DNA of 52,865 bases from an uncultured Actinomycetes bacterium (GCA_903954055.1 CAJBMC010000114.1:1-52865); one strand, 5' to 3'. Shown: positions 20,738 through 31,176, counted from the first letter of the stretch. Notes: generated by a model not told the origin, from the letters alone. Numbers and translations: made by a program.

Positions 20738-21030
20738 TAAATCTGATCACCACGCTGAAGTGTTGCCCAGAGTCCGTATTCGTGAAGCCGGGCCACATCG
20801 TGTTCCATCTCTTCCCGACTACCCGTTGAAACTATCGCCTTACCTTCGTTATGGACCTTGAGCATTAATTCCGTTGCCTTCGCCTTTGAATATCCGAAGA
20901 GCTCCATAAAGACATAAGTCACGTAATTCTGCAGACTTACGGGATCATCCCAAACAATAGTGACCCACGGAGTATCTCCGGAGAAAATTGCCTTGAGCTC
21001 TTCCTCAAGCGCATCTGCAAGTTTGGCCAC
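20737..21030 (-). CDS. clpS: Clp protease adaptor ClpS
   Basis: [24 protein letters not shown] and GLWATL. Start placed at GTG 21030. Confidence 0.9.
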   Translation of the reverse strand: MAKLADALEEELKAIFSGDTPWVTIVWDDPVSLQNYVTYVFMELFGYSKAKATELMLKVHNEGKAIVSTGSREEMEHDVARLHEYGLWATLQRGDQI

Positions 21031-21034
21031 GGAG

Positions 21035-22828
21035 CTATTTAACCAATTCAGAAGTGGCAATGCCACGTATAAGAATTGAGAATGGTGAACTTGTCGTAAG
21101 AGGCCAGAGAGTTTCGGCAGCAGCGTTGACTCTTAAGGTGAGCACACCCTTTGGTTGCGCCGGAACAGGTATCGCAAATGAACCTTGAGCATCGGTAGTA
21201 ATAACATTTCCAAAGGGCTGCCAAATTCCACCCACAAGTTTTTCAACTTGAATAAAGGTTCCAGCCGCACGCGGACGAATAGATCCAGTCACGGTAAAGG
21301 ATTCGCTTCTCTTTACCGATGCTGGTGCGGTGATGAAGAGGAGCCTGGACATTGTTACCGGAACTTCGTTTGAGATTCCTTCGCTTCGCTCCCACGTACC
21401 CTCGCTATATGCACGAATTGTGGTGGCTTTTCCAATTAACAACGGCTTGCTGAACTTACCCGCCATATCCGTTGTTACCGTAGTGAGTAATCTCCAATTT
21501 AAATCTCCGGGAGATTTTCCTTCAATACGAATCGAGACATTAGCCAATGGGGATTTATCTTTAATCGTAAATGTTCCGGCGACAGTAATCGGATCACCGT
21601 ATTCGATTGCGCTCTTATCAAGAGTAATTGCAGCGGTCACTGCATCTGGCGCAATCGCCTTAGCAACGTTGCGGATACCTTCAAGTGCAAGTGGCTCTTC
21701 CATGCCGAGTGTCCACTCAGCGATTCCACCAAGGCGATATTTATCTACAAGCGCCGCACGAAGTCCGAAACTCTTTGCATCTTGGTACCAAGCAGTTCTT
21801 TGCGCAGTGCATGTTGTAGAAAGCCCAGCCGCAGTGGTTCCGTTATAGACCTTCTGGTAGCTAAAAGTCATTTCACCAAATTGATCATTAAATACAGGTG
21901 TTACGCCGTACGAAGCCGCGAGCGTTTGCGCATCTCGCATCACAAAAGTAGCCGCTTTTGCCCCACCTTTAATGACTGCGGCTACATTGTCAGGGCAGAC
22001 TCCACTGACCGACGTAACCCAGTCGCGACCATATCCAGCAATGCCAATAAATACTTTCGATGCCGGCATCACAGAAACTGCATATTGCAAGGTGCGTTCT
22101 GTCCAAGTGATTGGACCAAGTGGTCCAACTTTTGCAACAGAGTAGTCATAGGTCATGATTCGAAGTCGATCAATTGCCGGTGCGATTGCCGCCCACGAAT
22201 ATACGTAATAGCCCTTCTGTGCAGCGGTTGGATCTAATACATATGGAGTTGAGACGGAAAGAATTTTCTTCTGCTGGTGCAGAGATGCGCTGAGCTCCTT
22301 TACAAATGCTGTCCATAACGGTGCAGTCTTAGTCCATGTGGTATTTCCATCGACAAATGCAAACCCTTCAAAGTCGAGATCAATACCGTCATAATTATTT
22401 GCAACAACCATCGCCGTGATTGTCTCCACGATTTGCTTTCGTGCCGCTGGCTTAGCGAGCAACCCAGCAAGAACGCCTTTATCGGTTCCATCCGTGATGG
22501 TTGGAATTAAAGAGAATCCTGCACCGCGAAGTGCGCTCACAGTCTGAGCCATAGGAATACTTGGATTTGCCGGTGTATAAAGATCTAGTACTGATGCGCT
22601 GGAAGTCTTGGCGTTAAATTTCAACGTGTACCAAAATGGCATTACCTCTTTGATGAGGTCTGCATTATTGATGGCTGCAGGTAGCGCTGTCTTGATTGAG
22701 TAGTACGGCACCCAGCCGGTAAGAATTTTACGTGGCGGATTATCTGCAGCTGCAATCGAAGTAGACGCACCACCCACAACAAGGAGCGCCACGGTGAAGG
22801 TTGCAAATAGGCGAAGAAATTTATTCAT
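21035..22828 (-). CDS. Secreted GH18 glycoside hydrolase (chitinase-like) with C-terminal Ig-like beta domains
   Basis: Signal peptide from ATG 22828, catalytic [19 protein letters not shown] and LGGIAEW. Confidence 0.87.
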   Translation of the reverse strand: MNKFLRLFATFTVALLVVGGASTSIAAADNPPRKILTGWVPYYSIKTALPAAINNADLIKEVMPFWYTLKFNAKTSSASVLDLYTPANPSIPMAQTVSALRGAGFSLIPTITDGTDKGVLAGLLAKPAARKQIVETITAMVVANNYDGIDLDFEGFAFVDGNTTWTKTAPLWTAFVKELSASLHQQKKILSVSTPYVLDPTAAQKGYYVYSWAAIAPAIDRLRIMTYDYSVAKVGPLGPITWTERTLQYAVSVMPASKVFIGIAGYGRDWVTSVSGVCPDNVAAVIKGGAKAATFVMRDAQTLAASYGVTPVFNDQFGEMTFSYQKVYNGTTAAGLSTTCTAQRTAWYQDAKSFGLRAALVDKYRLGGIAEWTLGMEEPLALEGIRNVAKAIAPDAVTAAITLDKSAIEYGDPITVAGTFTIKDKSPLANVSIRIEGKSPGDLNWRLLTTVTTDMAGKFSKPLLIGKATTIRAYSEGTWERSEGISNEVPVTMSRLLFITAPASVKRSESFTVTGSIRPRAAGTFIQVEKLVGGIWQPFGNVITTDAQGSFAIPVPAQPKGVLTLRVNAAAETLWPLTTSSPFSILIRGIATSELVK

Positions 22829-23111
22829 TATCTTCAGGGCCAGGACGAAGGCCTTCAAAGATCTCTTTACAGGCGGGACATACTGGGTATTTAGATGGGT
22901 CTCGCGAAGGAACCCACTTCTTTCCACAGAGCGCCTTTACAGCTTTGCCCGTTACTGCAGATTCAACAATCTTCTCTTTCTTGATGTAGTGAGCAAATCG
23001 ATCATGGCCACCATCATCTTCTTGGATATCAGGGGCGGTTTCGGTGCGCGTCAAAGTATCGGTATCGGTGCTGATGCCGATGCCTTTATCTTCGCGTGTG
23101 AAAATTCCCAT
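22821..23111 (-). CDS. DUF3039 family Cys-containing protein
   Basis: HDRFAHYIKK, ALCGKKWVPSRDP and PVCPACKEI; ATG 23111 has TATCCT 6 nt upstream. Confidence 0.85.
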   Translation of the reverse strand: MGIFTREDKGIGISTDTDTLTRTETAPDIQEDDGGHDRFAHYIKKEKIVESAVTGKAVKALCGKKWVPSRDPSKYPVCPACKEIFEGLRPGPEDNE

Positions 23112-23181
23112 GTGTGAAGGATAGTCGGAGGGGCTAAATAACTCTGTGAAAGGCTTGTCGGAGAGAAGGTAGAATTCTGCG

Positions 23182-24120
23182 ATGAAGGATTTATTGAGAA
23201 CCGAGCATCTCTGTCGCGAGGATGTCGAACTCCTCCTAGCAACTGCCGCAGATTTCGCGGCACAGCCTTTGCGCGCAAATACAGCGCTGAGCAATAAGAC
23301 CGTTGCTATCTACATGACAAAGCCTTCAACTCGTACTCGCTTAGCATCAGAGACTGCGGTTGCTCACCTTGGCGGTACTCCAATTTTCCTCCGCGGTGAC
23401 GAATTGCAATTGGGGCGCGGTGAAACTATTGCGGATACCGCTCGGGTTATTAGTGGATTCTGTGATGCCATGATTATTCGAACATTTGCCCAGGCAGATG
23501 TTGACGAACTTGGCGCCAATGCCTCGATTCCAATTATTAACGGCCTTACCGATGACGATCATCCAACACAGTTACTTGCAGATTGGGTGACGATTCGCGA
23601 AAACTTCGGAAGCGATATCAGCGGTCGCAAATTTGTCTATCTCGGAGACGGCAACAATATGACGCATGCCTGGCTCATTATGGGCGCAATCATGGGAGCG
23701 CATGTTGTTGCAGCAACTCCAAACGGTAAGTTCGCACCAGATGCAGCGGTTGTTACAAAGGCAAAGGAGATTGCGGCAAAGACTGGCGCAACTATTGAGG
23801 TCACCAATGATCCCGAAGGCGCTGCAAAAGATGCCAGTGTTCTCTACACAGATGTGTGGATGTCGATGGGCGATCCTGAGTCAGAGCGCACCGAGAAGTT
23901 TGCAGCACTCTCACCTTTTGCAATCGATGACCGTCTGATGTCACTTACGGCAAGTGATTCCATCTTTATGCACTGCCTACCAGCACACCGCGGAGAAGAA
24001 GTTGCAGCATCTGTTATCGATGGACCGAAGTCTGTTATTTGGCGTGAGGCCTTCCATCGCCGCACAACTATTCAGGCGTTGCTCTACCACTTAACTCGTG
24101 GAGATTTAAAGGGTAATTAA
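23182..24120 (+). CDS. argF: Ornithine carbamoyltransferase
   Basis: STRTR, HPTQ, DVWMSMG (SMG loop) and MHCLP. Confidence 0.88.
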   Translation: MKDLLRTEHLCREDVELLLATAADFAAQPLRANTALSNKTVAIYMTKPSTRTRLASETAVAHLGGTPIFLRGDELQLGRGETIADTARVISGFCDAMIIRTFAQADVDELGANASIPIINGLTDDDHPTQLLADWVTIRENFGSDISGRKFVYLGDGNNMTHAWLIMGAIMGAHVVAATPNGKFAPDAAVVTKAKEIAAKTGATIEVTNDPEGAAKDASVLYTDVWMSMGDPESERTEKFAALSPFAIDDRLMSLTASDSIFMHCLPAHRGEEVAASVIDGPKSVIWREAFHRRTTIQALLYHLTRGDLKGN

Positions 24121-25190
24121 CCTTCTTGAAGTTCGGTAGGTGCGCCGTGTACGTCAAGAATTTCCTTTGCGGCAACTTCTGCAGGCTTAACATCGCCGCC
24201 AAGTTTGTCGGTTCGATTGAGAGGGCGCTTTGCATCTTCCTTATATATTGCTGGAATTGATCCGAGCAATCCTTTCTGGAAATCTTCAAATGCCTGCAGA
24301 ACTTCACGCTTTGTGTTCATTACAAAAGGGCCCATCCACGCGACAGGTTCTTTGATTGGCTGACCACCGAGAATAAAGAGTTCTAGGTTTGGTGAACGTG
24401 ACTCCTGCTGTTGTGCCGCACGAATAACGATTGCATCACCATCACCGAAAACGGTTAATTGACCCATTGTCACTGGGCGCTGCTCATCTCCAACAAATCC
24501 GTGGCCAGACATTGTGTAGACCAGTGCGTTGTAATCCTTACGCCATGGGAGGCGAAGTTCTGCACCAGGTGCGACAGTTGCATGAAGCAATGTAATGGGA
24601 GTCTGAGTTGTTCCTGGTCCTTGATGACCATCAACTTCACCAGCGATAACACGTAGTAGCGCTCCACCATCTTGTGTTGTTAAAAGAGCAACATCATTTG
24701 CACGAACATCTTGATATGCAGGTGGTGACCACTTCTTCGCGGCTGGAAGATTGACCCAAAGTTGGAATCCATGAAATAAACCACCGGACATCACCAATGA
24801 CTCTGGTGGTGTTTCGATATGAAGGATTCCGCCGCCAGCTGTCATCCATTGAGTATCGCCATTTGTGATTGTTCCGCCGCCACCATTTGAATCTTGGTGA
24901 TCGAAAATTCCATCAATAATGTAGGTAACTGTTTCGAATCCACGATGTGGGTGCCAAGGGGTTCCCTTTGGTTCGCCTGGTGCATATTCGACTTCACCCA
25001 TTTGATCGAGGTGGATAAAAGGATCAAGCTCTTGCAAATCAACGCCAGCAAATGCGCGACGAACTGGAAAACCTTCGCCCTCAAATCCTTGCGGAGCAGT
25101 TGTGATGCTCTTGATTTTGCGTGCGCGCAATTCGGTGCCAGCGCTAATGCGTGGAAGTACGGTGATATCGCTAACGGTTACTGCTGGCAT
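24117..25190 (-). CDS. Pirin family protein
   Basis: DPFIHLD, PWHPHRGFETVTY, WMTAGGGILHIE, FQLWVNLP and GPFVMN. Start placed at ATG 25190 after a GGAG. Confidence 0.93.
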   Translation of the reverse strand: MPAVTVSDITVLPRISAGTELRARKIKSITTAPQGFEGEGFPVRRAFAGVDLQELDPFIHLDQMGEVEYAPGEPKGTPWHPHRGFETVTYIIDGIFDHQDSNGGGGTITNGDTQWMTAGGGILHIETPPESLVMSGGLFHGFQLWVNLPAAKKWSPPAYQDVRANDVALLTTQDGGALLRVIAGEVDGHQGPGTTQTPITLLHATVAPGAELRLPWRKDYNALVYTMSGHGFVGDEQRPVTMGQLTVFGDGDAIVIRAAQQQESRSPNLELFILGGQPIKEPVAWMGPFVMNTKREVLQAFEDFQKGLLGSIPAIYKEDAKRPLNRTDKLGGDVKPAEVAAKEILDVHGAPTELQEG

Positions 25191-25218
25191 GATGCGCTCC
25201 TTTGAATACCTCAAGAGT

Positions 25219-25266
25219 AATTGAACTTTCAACTACATACAACTTGTAGTTTCTCTCTCTTATTCC
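25219..25266 (-). promoter_or_regulatory. SigR/SigH-type promoter (GGAAT-N18-GTTG) with downstream palindrome TTGAA-AG-TTCAA
   Basis: Minus strand reads GGAAT (25266-25262), 18 nt, GTT (25243-25241); palindrome at 25221-25232. Confidence 0.65.
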
Positions 25267-25358
25267 AAGACCGAGCGTATTCGAGATCGATTATGTGAGT
25301 CTTCTGGAAAGTTTGCGCGAGGAAAGTGTTTATTTCGCCGGGTCAATTTAGCCAATAT

Positions 25359-25388
25359 TTGTCGGTGCTCATGGTGAATATCCTCCCC
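25359..25388 (+). promoter_or_regulatory. RecA-NDp / PafBC-type DNA-damage promoter, leaderless
   Basis: TTGTCGGTG-N8-GAATAT-N7-ATG, compared with the consensus tTGTCRgtg-N8-TAnnnT. Confidence 0.6.
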
Positions 25389-26798
25389 ATGAGTACAGCG
25401 TTCATTCTTCACAGAGACGAGACCACACCTGCCGAGAAGGTGACCACGCTACTCAATTCAGTTCCTTGCGCAACAGTTCTAGCCCAACTTGCAGCGATTG
25501 ATCCTCAAACTTTGCCAATAGCTTCACGAATTGACTACCTCACGGCAATCGAAAGGCAAGAGTCTTGGATTCAGGCCTTGATGCAACGAGCAATAGTTGC
25601 CGTCGCTGGCCGTGAAGCATCTGAGAGCAACGACCCAATCTACGGAATTGATGAGGCAGAGCGCGAAGATGTTTCGACCGCGCTCAGACTCTCCCCCAAT
25701 AGCGCTCAATTTAAGATTGATATCGCACGAGCGCTGACAAATCACCTACCAAATACCTGCTCTGCACTCGCTGTCGGAGAAATATCGACCGCACATGCCA
25801 ATGCAATTGCGCGTGAGGCTGTCTCCGCTCTCAATAAAGGGCTACCAGAATCCGTCATATTCGAAATTGAAAATCGCGCAATCGCCTACGCCGAATTTCA
25901 TACTCCAACTCAAGTTGGAAATTTAGTTCGAAAAGTTATCGCTACCTCGACTCCCACTGAATTTGAAGATTCTGTCGCGGATGCGCGCGAGATGAGACGA
26001 GTATCGTGCTTTAACGATCCAGATGGAATGTCAACAATTGTTGCTTTACTTCCCGCCCATGAAGCAAAGGTAGTCATGAGTGCACTGGAATCATTTATCA
26101 TTAAGAACAATCGTCACTGTGAAAGCTGTGAAGCCGAGATCTCATCTCTTTCTCCGGAAGAGCGAGTAGTACGTGAGGCAGGTGCTTCGGACCAAGCGCT
26201 CTCATGTCTCCATACAAACTCTGATCATCGTTCAAAGGATATGAAGCGCGCAGATGCACTTGCCGCTATCGCTTCTCGATATCTCGAATCAGCTCTCGCT
26301 GATGCACATGCCCAAGGTCGAGCGCTGACAGTCAATGTCACCATTGATTTACCGACTCTCCTTGGCCTCGCCGAAAACCCGGGAGAGCTTGCCGGGTATG
26401 GGCCAATTCCAGCATCTGTGGCACGTGAGATTGCAGCGGATGCCCGTTGGAAACGGTTCATCACCGAACCTTTAACTGGCAACCTCCTTGATTATGGTCG
26501 CGAACATTACGAACCCCCACAAGCGCTCCGTGATTTCTTAATTGCCCGTGATCGAAAATGTAGATTCCCTGGTTGCGGAAGATCTGCAATCCATTCAGAT
26601 TTAGACCATGCCGAAAGTTGGGAATCTGGTGGATCAACCTCCCCTGAGAATCTCGGTGCTCTCTGTCGAAGACACCATAAGCTAAAGACTCATCATGGCT
26701 GGAAGGTCGAAAGTTATAGCGATGGCTCATGCCTCTGGAAGTCGCCGGCGGGGAAAGAATTCTTTACGCCTGCCCGCTCTGCACATGAGCCGAATTAG
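25389..26798 (+). CDS. DUF222 + HNH endonuclease (REP13E12-like)
   Basis: RADAL, ELAGYGPIPA, ARDRKCRFPGC, DLDH and NLGALCRRHHKLKTH. Confidence 0.9.
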   Translation: MSTAFILHRDETTPAEKVTTLLNSVPCATVLAQLAAIDPQTLPIASRIDYLTAIERQESWIQALMQRAIVAVAGREASESNDPIYGIDEAEREDVSTALRLSPNSAQFKIDIARALTNHLPNTCSALAVGEISTAHANAIAREAVSALNKGLPESVIFEIENRAIAYAEFHTPTQVGNLVRKVIATSTPTEFEDSVADAREMRRVSCFNDPDGMSTIVALLPAHEAKVVMSALESFIIKNNRHCESCEAEISSLSPEERVVREAGASDQALSCLHTNSDHRSKDMKRADALAAIASRYLESALADAHAQGRALTVNVTIDLPTLLGLAENPGELAGYGPIPASVAREIAADARWKRFITEPLTGNLLDYGREHYEPPQALRDFLIARDRKCRFPGCGRSAIHSDLDHAESWESGGSTSPENLGALCRRHHKLKTHHGWKVESYSDGSCLWKSPAGKEFFTPARSAHEPN

Positions 26799-26840
26799 CC
26801 CGCATTTCGTTAAATAATTCTGCTGGCTTAGAATGATTGT

Positions 26841-27767
26841 GTGAACAAGCATGCACCCTCAATCCCAAAGGTAATCCTCTATTACGGATTTACACCTTTG
26901 GAAGATCCTGAGGCTGTAAAGCTATGGCAGAAGCAGCTCTGTGAAACGCTCGGACTCAAGGGCCGCATTATTATTTCAAAGCACGGCATCAACGGAACGG
27001 TTGGTGGCGATATGGCGGCGGTAAAGAAGTACGTGAAGATGACTCGCCAATATCCGGCATTTAAGAAGATTGTCTTTAAGTGGTCTGATGGCACAGGTGC
27101 AGATTTCCCTCGACTTCAGATTCGCGTCCGTAAAGAACTCGTTGGCTTCGGTAATCCTGATGTGATTAAAGTTGATGAGTCTGGCGTAGTTAATGGCGGT
27201 AAGCACCTACGCCCAGCTCAAGTAGATGCACTTGTAAAAGAGCGTGGCGATGATGTGATTTTCTTTGACGGCCGAAATGCCTATGAAGCAAAGATCGGAA
27301 AGTTTAAAAACGCGATTGTTCCCGACGTTCAAACTTCACATGACTTTATCGAGGAGATCAAAAGCGGTAAGTATGACGATATTAAAGATAAGCCAATCGT
27401 CACATACTGCACAGGAGGAATCCGATGCGAGATTCTCTCCGCCATCATGGTCGATAACGGATTTAAAGAGGTCTACCAAATTGATGGTGGAATTGTTAAA
27501 TACGGCGAGAAGTTTGGTGACGATTCACTCTGGGAAGGATCGCTCTATATCTTTGATGATCGAATGATTCATGACTTTTCAGATAAGACAAAGGTCATTG
27601 GTGAATGCGTAAAATGCTGCGCTCCAACAAAGCAATTCCGCAATTGCAATTCAGAGTCATGCCACCAATTAATTCTTCTCTGTGATTCATGTGCAGAACT
27701 TCCAAGTAATAAAACATGCAATCACACTGTTAATCGCAAGCGTCGCGACCGCGAATTTGTTGGCTAG
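26841..27767 (+). CDS. trhO: Rhodanese-related tRNA uridine(34) hydroxylase (YceA/TrhO)
   Basis: [48 protein letters not shown] and a Cys-rich tail. Confidence 0.88.
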   Translation: MNKHAPSIPKVILYYGFTPLEDPEAVKLWQKQLCETLGLKGRIIISKHGINGTVGGDMAAVKKYVKMTRQYPAFKKIVFKWSDGTGADFPRLQIRVRKELVGFGNPDVIKVDESGVVNGGKHLRPAQVDALVKERGDDVIFFDGRNAYEAKIGKFKNAIVPDVQTSHDFIEEIKSGKYDDIKDKPIVTYCTGGIRCEILSAIMVDNGFKEVYQIDGGIVKYGEKFGDDSLWEGSLYIFDDRMIHDFSDKTKVIGECVKCCAPTKQFRNCNSESCHQLILLCDSCAELPSNKTCNHTVNRKRRDREFVG

Positions 27768-27781
27768 GTAGTTGGCTTTAC

Positions 27782-28339
27782 GTGATCAACTGGCCTATAG
27801 ATTTTCCATCAATCGCCTCCCCCGCAACCTCACATTTGCAACTTAAGTTGCGTCCACTTCGCGAGGATGACATCGATTCCATCTTCAACGCATGTCAGGA
27901 CCCGACCATCTCGGCATTTACACGCGTCCCTTTTCCATACGATCGTTCGATGGCTGAGGATTTTGTCCGTGAATCCGATGTTGCTTATCGCAATCATGTG
28001 ACGATTTCATTTGCGATCGAGGTAGCTGGTGAATTCGCTGGAACCATCGGGTTGCACTCGATTCAACTTGGGGATCACATGGCTGAAATAGGCTATTGGG
28101 TGAAGCAAGATTTTCGAGGAAGAGGCATCTGCACCGCGGCGCTAAAAATGATGAGTGATTTCTCTTTAGATGTTATGGGATTTCGCCGACTGGAAGCGCT
28201 TGCTGATTTCGACAATTCCGCGTCTCAGAAGGTAATGGAGAAGGCTGGATTTACTCGTGATGCTTTACTAAAGAATCGGGCAACAAAACGTGATGGTCGC
28301 CAGATTGATATGGCTCTCTACTCAATGGCGCGTGGGTGA
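27782..28339 (+). CDS. GNAT acetyltransferase, RimJ/RimL family
   Basis: LRPLREDD, AEIGYWV, FRGRGI and NSASQKVMEKAGF. Confidence 0.88.
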   Translation: MINWPIDFPSIASPATSHLQLKLRPLREDDIDSIFNACQDPTISAFTRVPFPYDRSMAEDFVRESDVAYRNHVTISFAIEVAGEFAGTIGLHSIQLGDHMAEIGYWVKQDFRGRGICTAALKMMSDFSLDVMGFRRLEALADFDNSASQKVMEKAGFTRDALLKNRATKRDGRQIDMALYSMARG

Positions 28340-28342
28340 AAG

Positions 28343-28633
28343 ATGTACTCGCTCGCGATTCTGGTGATGATTTTATTTTCGCTACTAATTCTTTCGGCGC
28401 CGATAAACATTGGGCTTACTAGTCGCCGAGTTCAAAATTTTGCTGCAGCCCGAAGGGGATTAACCGTACTTCGTAGAATCGTTATTTTAACTTTTGCGGT
28501 AATTGGTATTTTTATTGCGATTACCTTGATGTATGAGACATCTTCGTTGGGAGCCAAGATCTTCGCTCTGATTGCTGTCGGCGGAAATATTTTCGCTCTC
28601 AAGCGCGAGATAGACTTCTCAAAGAGCAGGTAA
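28343..28633 (+). CDS. Small membrane protein, unknown function
   Basis: Three hydrophobic segments; follows the GNAT gene closely. Confidence 0.6.
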   Translation: MYSLAILVMILFSLLILSAPINIGLTSRRVQNFAAARRGLTVLRRIVILTFAVIGIFIAITLMYETSSLGAKIFALIAVGGNIFALKREIDFSKSR

Positions 28634-28638
28634 AAATA

Positions 28639-29007
28639 GTGGAGGTGCCGGGAATCGAACCCGGGTCCTTCAGAGCTCAAACAGGGCTTCTACGTGTGTA
28701 GTGTTATTTACGTTTTCTCAGTCCTGAATCTCTCAAACACAAGTATTCAACGAACTCATTTGCGAAACTGTTCTCTCTACGCGTTCGCAACGCCACGCAG
28801 ATGAAGAGCTCTCTAACGACGCCAGGTTCTAGAGCGAGAGCGCCCCTAGGCTGACGGATTTGGGACTAGCTTATGCAGCTAGTGCGAAATCACTGCGACT
28901 GTTGTCTGCAGTTATGTGTGCACGGATTTCATGGTTTACGAGATCATTCCGGCTTCCTCGACACGCTTCCCCTGTCTCAACAGCTAAAGTCGAGACCGTT
29001 CACCCCC
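28639..29007 (-). ncRNA. ssrA: tmRNA; tag (A)ADNSRSDFALAA
   Basis: 5' GGGGGTG pairs with 3' CACCTCC; T-arm CCGGGTTCGATTCCCGG; internal ORF ATAACT-GCA GAC AAC...GCT GCA TAA; near smpB. Confidence 0.95.
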
Positions 29008-29144
29008 TATTTATTTGTGTTCTAAGTGTATTCAACCCCGAGGAGTAATGCGAAATTCCCGAAAAATTACGAGGTTTGTAAGGCACAGATTGGGTTCAAA
29101 ACGCAATCGTTAAAAGGTTAAGAGACGCGGCTTTGCCTTAGATT

Positions 29145-29726
29145 TCATTTGGAATCTCTCGCGGTGAACTCATCTTTCAAAATCGCGTAGAGCCACATAT
29201 CGCACCAATCACCTTTAAAGAATTCAGAGTCTTTGAACTCTCCTTCTCTCCGCATACCTAACTTCTCAGCCATCGCCGCAGATTCTGGATTGCGAGTGTC
29301 GATATCGGCGATAATCCGATGCAAAGGAAAGTTTGAAAATGCATATTTCATTAGCGCGTGAGTTGCTTCAAATGCATATCCCCGGCGTTGGAAATCTTGG
29401 TGAGTAACCCAACCAATATCCGAAAGTTGGTCGGTAGCAGATCGAAGTGCCATATTGGATTGACCGATTATCTTTCCGGCAACTCCTAAATGAGTTGGGA
29501 TATCTTTTAACTCCCAGACGAGAACGAGGAAATCACCAGATTCCTTAAGATCGAATTTTCCAGTATTGAGCGTCTTCTCTGCCGCCTCTATGTCCTGCTC
29601 GCGAGAGCGCTCCGGCCACGGGATATAACGAACAATCTCTGGATGTGATTGATACTCATATAAATCATTGACATCTTCCAAGCGCAGTGGGCGAAGTGTG
29701 AGGCGTTCGGTTTCAATAACGAACAA
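29145..29726 (-). CDS. GNAT acetyltransferase, RimJ/RimL family
   Basis: IETERLTLRP, DIGWV, FQRRGYA and AEKLGMRREG. Confidence 0.88.
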   Translation of the reverse strand: MFVIETERLTLRPLRLEDVNDLYEYQSHPEIVRYIPWPERSREQDIEAAEKTLNTGKFDLKESGDFLVLVWELKDIPTHLGVAGKIIGQSNMALRSATDQLSDIGWVTHQDFQRRGYAFEATHALMKYAFSNFPLHRIIADIDTRNPESAAMAEKLGMRREGEFKDSEFFKGDWCDMWLYAILKDEFTARDSK

Positions 29727-29731
29727 ACTAT

Positions 29732-30229
29732 TTACCAGTCGTCTCTTCCGCTACGATTTTTTCCACTTACGCGATGAGAGATTTCACGTTCAATTTCACG
29801 AGTTGCTTGTTGTTCGAGCAATGTGTCGCGCTTGTCGTGAGCTTTCTTACCTTTTGCAAGTGCAATCTCTATCTTTGCGCGACCATCTTTAAAGTAGAGC
29901 TGAAGCGGAACCATCGTGATTCCAGAATCTTTTGTCTTTGCTGCAATCTTACGAATCTCCTCGCGATGCACGAGCAATTTACGTTTGCGACGAGGAGTGT
30001 GGTTGGTCCATGTGCCTTCGGTGTATTCAGGGATATGAACTCCATGCAGCCAGAGCTCTCCATTTTCAACCATCACAAATCCATCGATTAATGAGGCACG
30101 ACCTGCACGAAGTGATTTGACCTCGGTTCCCATCAGAACAATTCCGCATTCGTAGGTATCAAGGATTGAGTAATCGTGACGCGCCTTTTTGTTCTGCGCG
30201 ATCAACTTTTGACCTGTCTCCTTAACCAT
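29732..30229 (-). CDS. smpB: SsrA-binding protein
   Basis: [27 protein letters not shown] and GKKAHDKR. Confidence 0.97.
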   Translation of the reverse strand: MVKETGQKLIAQNKKARHDYSILDTYECGIVLMGTEVKSLRAGRASLIDGFVMVENGELWLHGVHIPEYTEGTWTNHTPRRKRKLLVHREEIRKIAAKTKDSGITMVPLQLYFKDGRAKIEIALAKGKKAHDKRDTLLEQQATREIEREISHRVSGKNRSGRDDW

Positions 30230-30247
30230 GCGGTAAGGGTATCCGAA

Positions 30248-31150
30248 TTAAACCTTGAGGTAGCGGCGCAAAGTAATCAATGAAGCGAGGACTGAGACAA
30301 AGAGTCCAACGCCGAGCAAAATCGCGGAAGAAATCCAGACCTGATTCCATGCAAAGAACTTGGTAAATGTAAGAAGCGGTGCGACCTTCTGGTCGACAAC
30401 GTACTTCAATCCGCTGAGAAGCCCTGTCGCAAATACCCAGCCAAGAACAGCTGAGAAGACGCCTTCGAGTAAGAATGGAAGTTGAATAGACCAAGAGCTT
30501 GCTCCAACTAGCTTCATCACACCAGTTTCGCGGCGACGGTTAAAGGCTGCAATACGTAAGGTATTTGAAATAAGAAGGGCTGCAGTGAGAACTGAGAAGA
30601 GTCCAACGAGTAGCGCACCATTGCGAAGAACATCGAGCAGCTTAAAGAACTTCTCAAGAATCGTGCGTTGATCTTGCACAATATCTACGCCAGGGCGGCC
30701 AGAGAAAGCGCTGACAACAACATCAAATTGAGTTGGGTCCTTTAATTTAACGCGGAATGATTCTGGTAATTGATCAGCGGTTACATTTTGAGCAATCGCA
30801 GAGTTCTTAAATCGTTCTTTAAAGCGTGCGAATGCCTCAGTCTGTGATTCATAGAAAACACTTTGTACAACAGGAAGTGCTTCAAGATCACTCTTGATTG
30901 CAGCTCGTTGATCGGCACTTACAACGCCGTTTGCACATGTTGGCGACTCAGATAAAGTCCCACAGAGAAAGACAGAGACTTCAATCTTGTCGTACCAATA
31001 ATCCTTCATCGCATTGACTTGAGCATTAGAGAGCAAACCAATGCCGAGAAGTGAGAGCGAGATTGCAACAGTGACAACGACTGCAAAGGTCATTGTTAGG
31101 TTACGGCGAAGTCCGATTCGAACTTCTTTAAAGAGAAAACCTGCGCGCAT
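30248..31150 (-). CDS. ftsX: Cell division permease FtsX
   Basis: GLRRNLTMT, RRRETGVMKLVGAS and PFLLEG. Confidence 0.95.
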   Translation of the reverse strand: MRAGFLFKEVRIGLRRNLTMTFAVVVTVAISLSLLGIGLLSNAQVNAMKDYWYDKIEVSVFLCGTLSESPTCANGVVSADQRAAIKSDLEALPVVQSVFYESQTEAFARFKERFKNSAIAQNVTADQLPESFRVKLKDPTQFDVVVSAFSGRPGVDIVQDQRTILEKFFKLLDVLRNGALLVGLFSVLTAALLISNTLRIAAFNRRRETGVMKLVGASSWSIQLPFLLEGVFSAVLGWVFATGLLSGLKYVVDQKVAPLLTFTKFFAWNQVWISSAILLGVGLFVSVLASLITLRRYLKV

Positions 31151-31176
31151 ATCTTTTCCTATTCTTCTCTCTGCCG

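Noticed and set aside
23182-24120. Putrescine or acetylornithine carbamoyltransferase
   Set aside because: The SMG loop and HCLP match ordinary OTC.
25389-26798. DUF222-HNH as an IS element
   Set aside because: No transposase motif, terminal inverted repeats or target-site duplication seen.
29048-29113. Arg-rich 21-aa ORF (MRNSRKITRFVRHRLGSKRNR) after GAGGAG
   Set aside because: RBS-to-ATG spacing is only 2 nt and it lies in the ssrA upstream region on the opposite strand; no other support.
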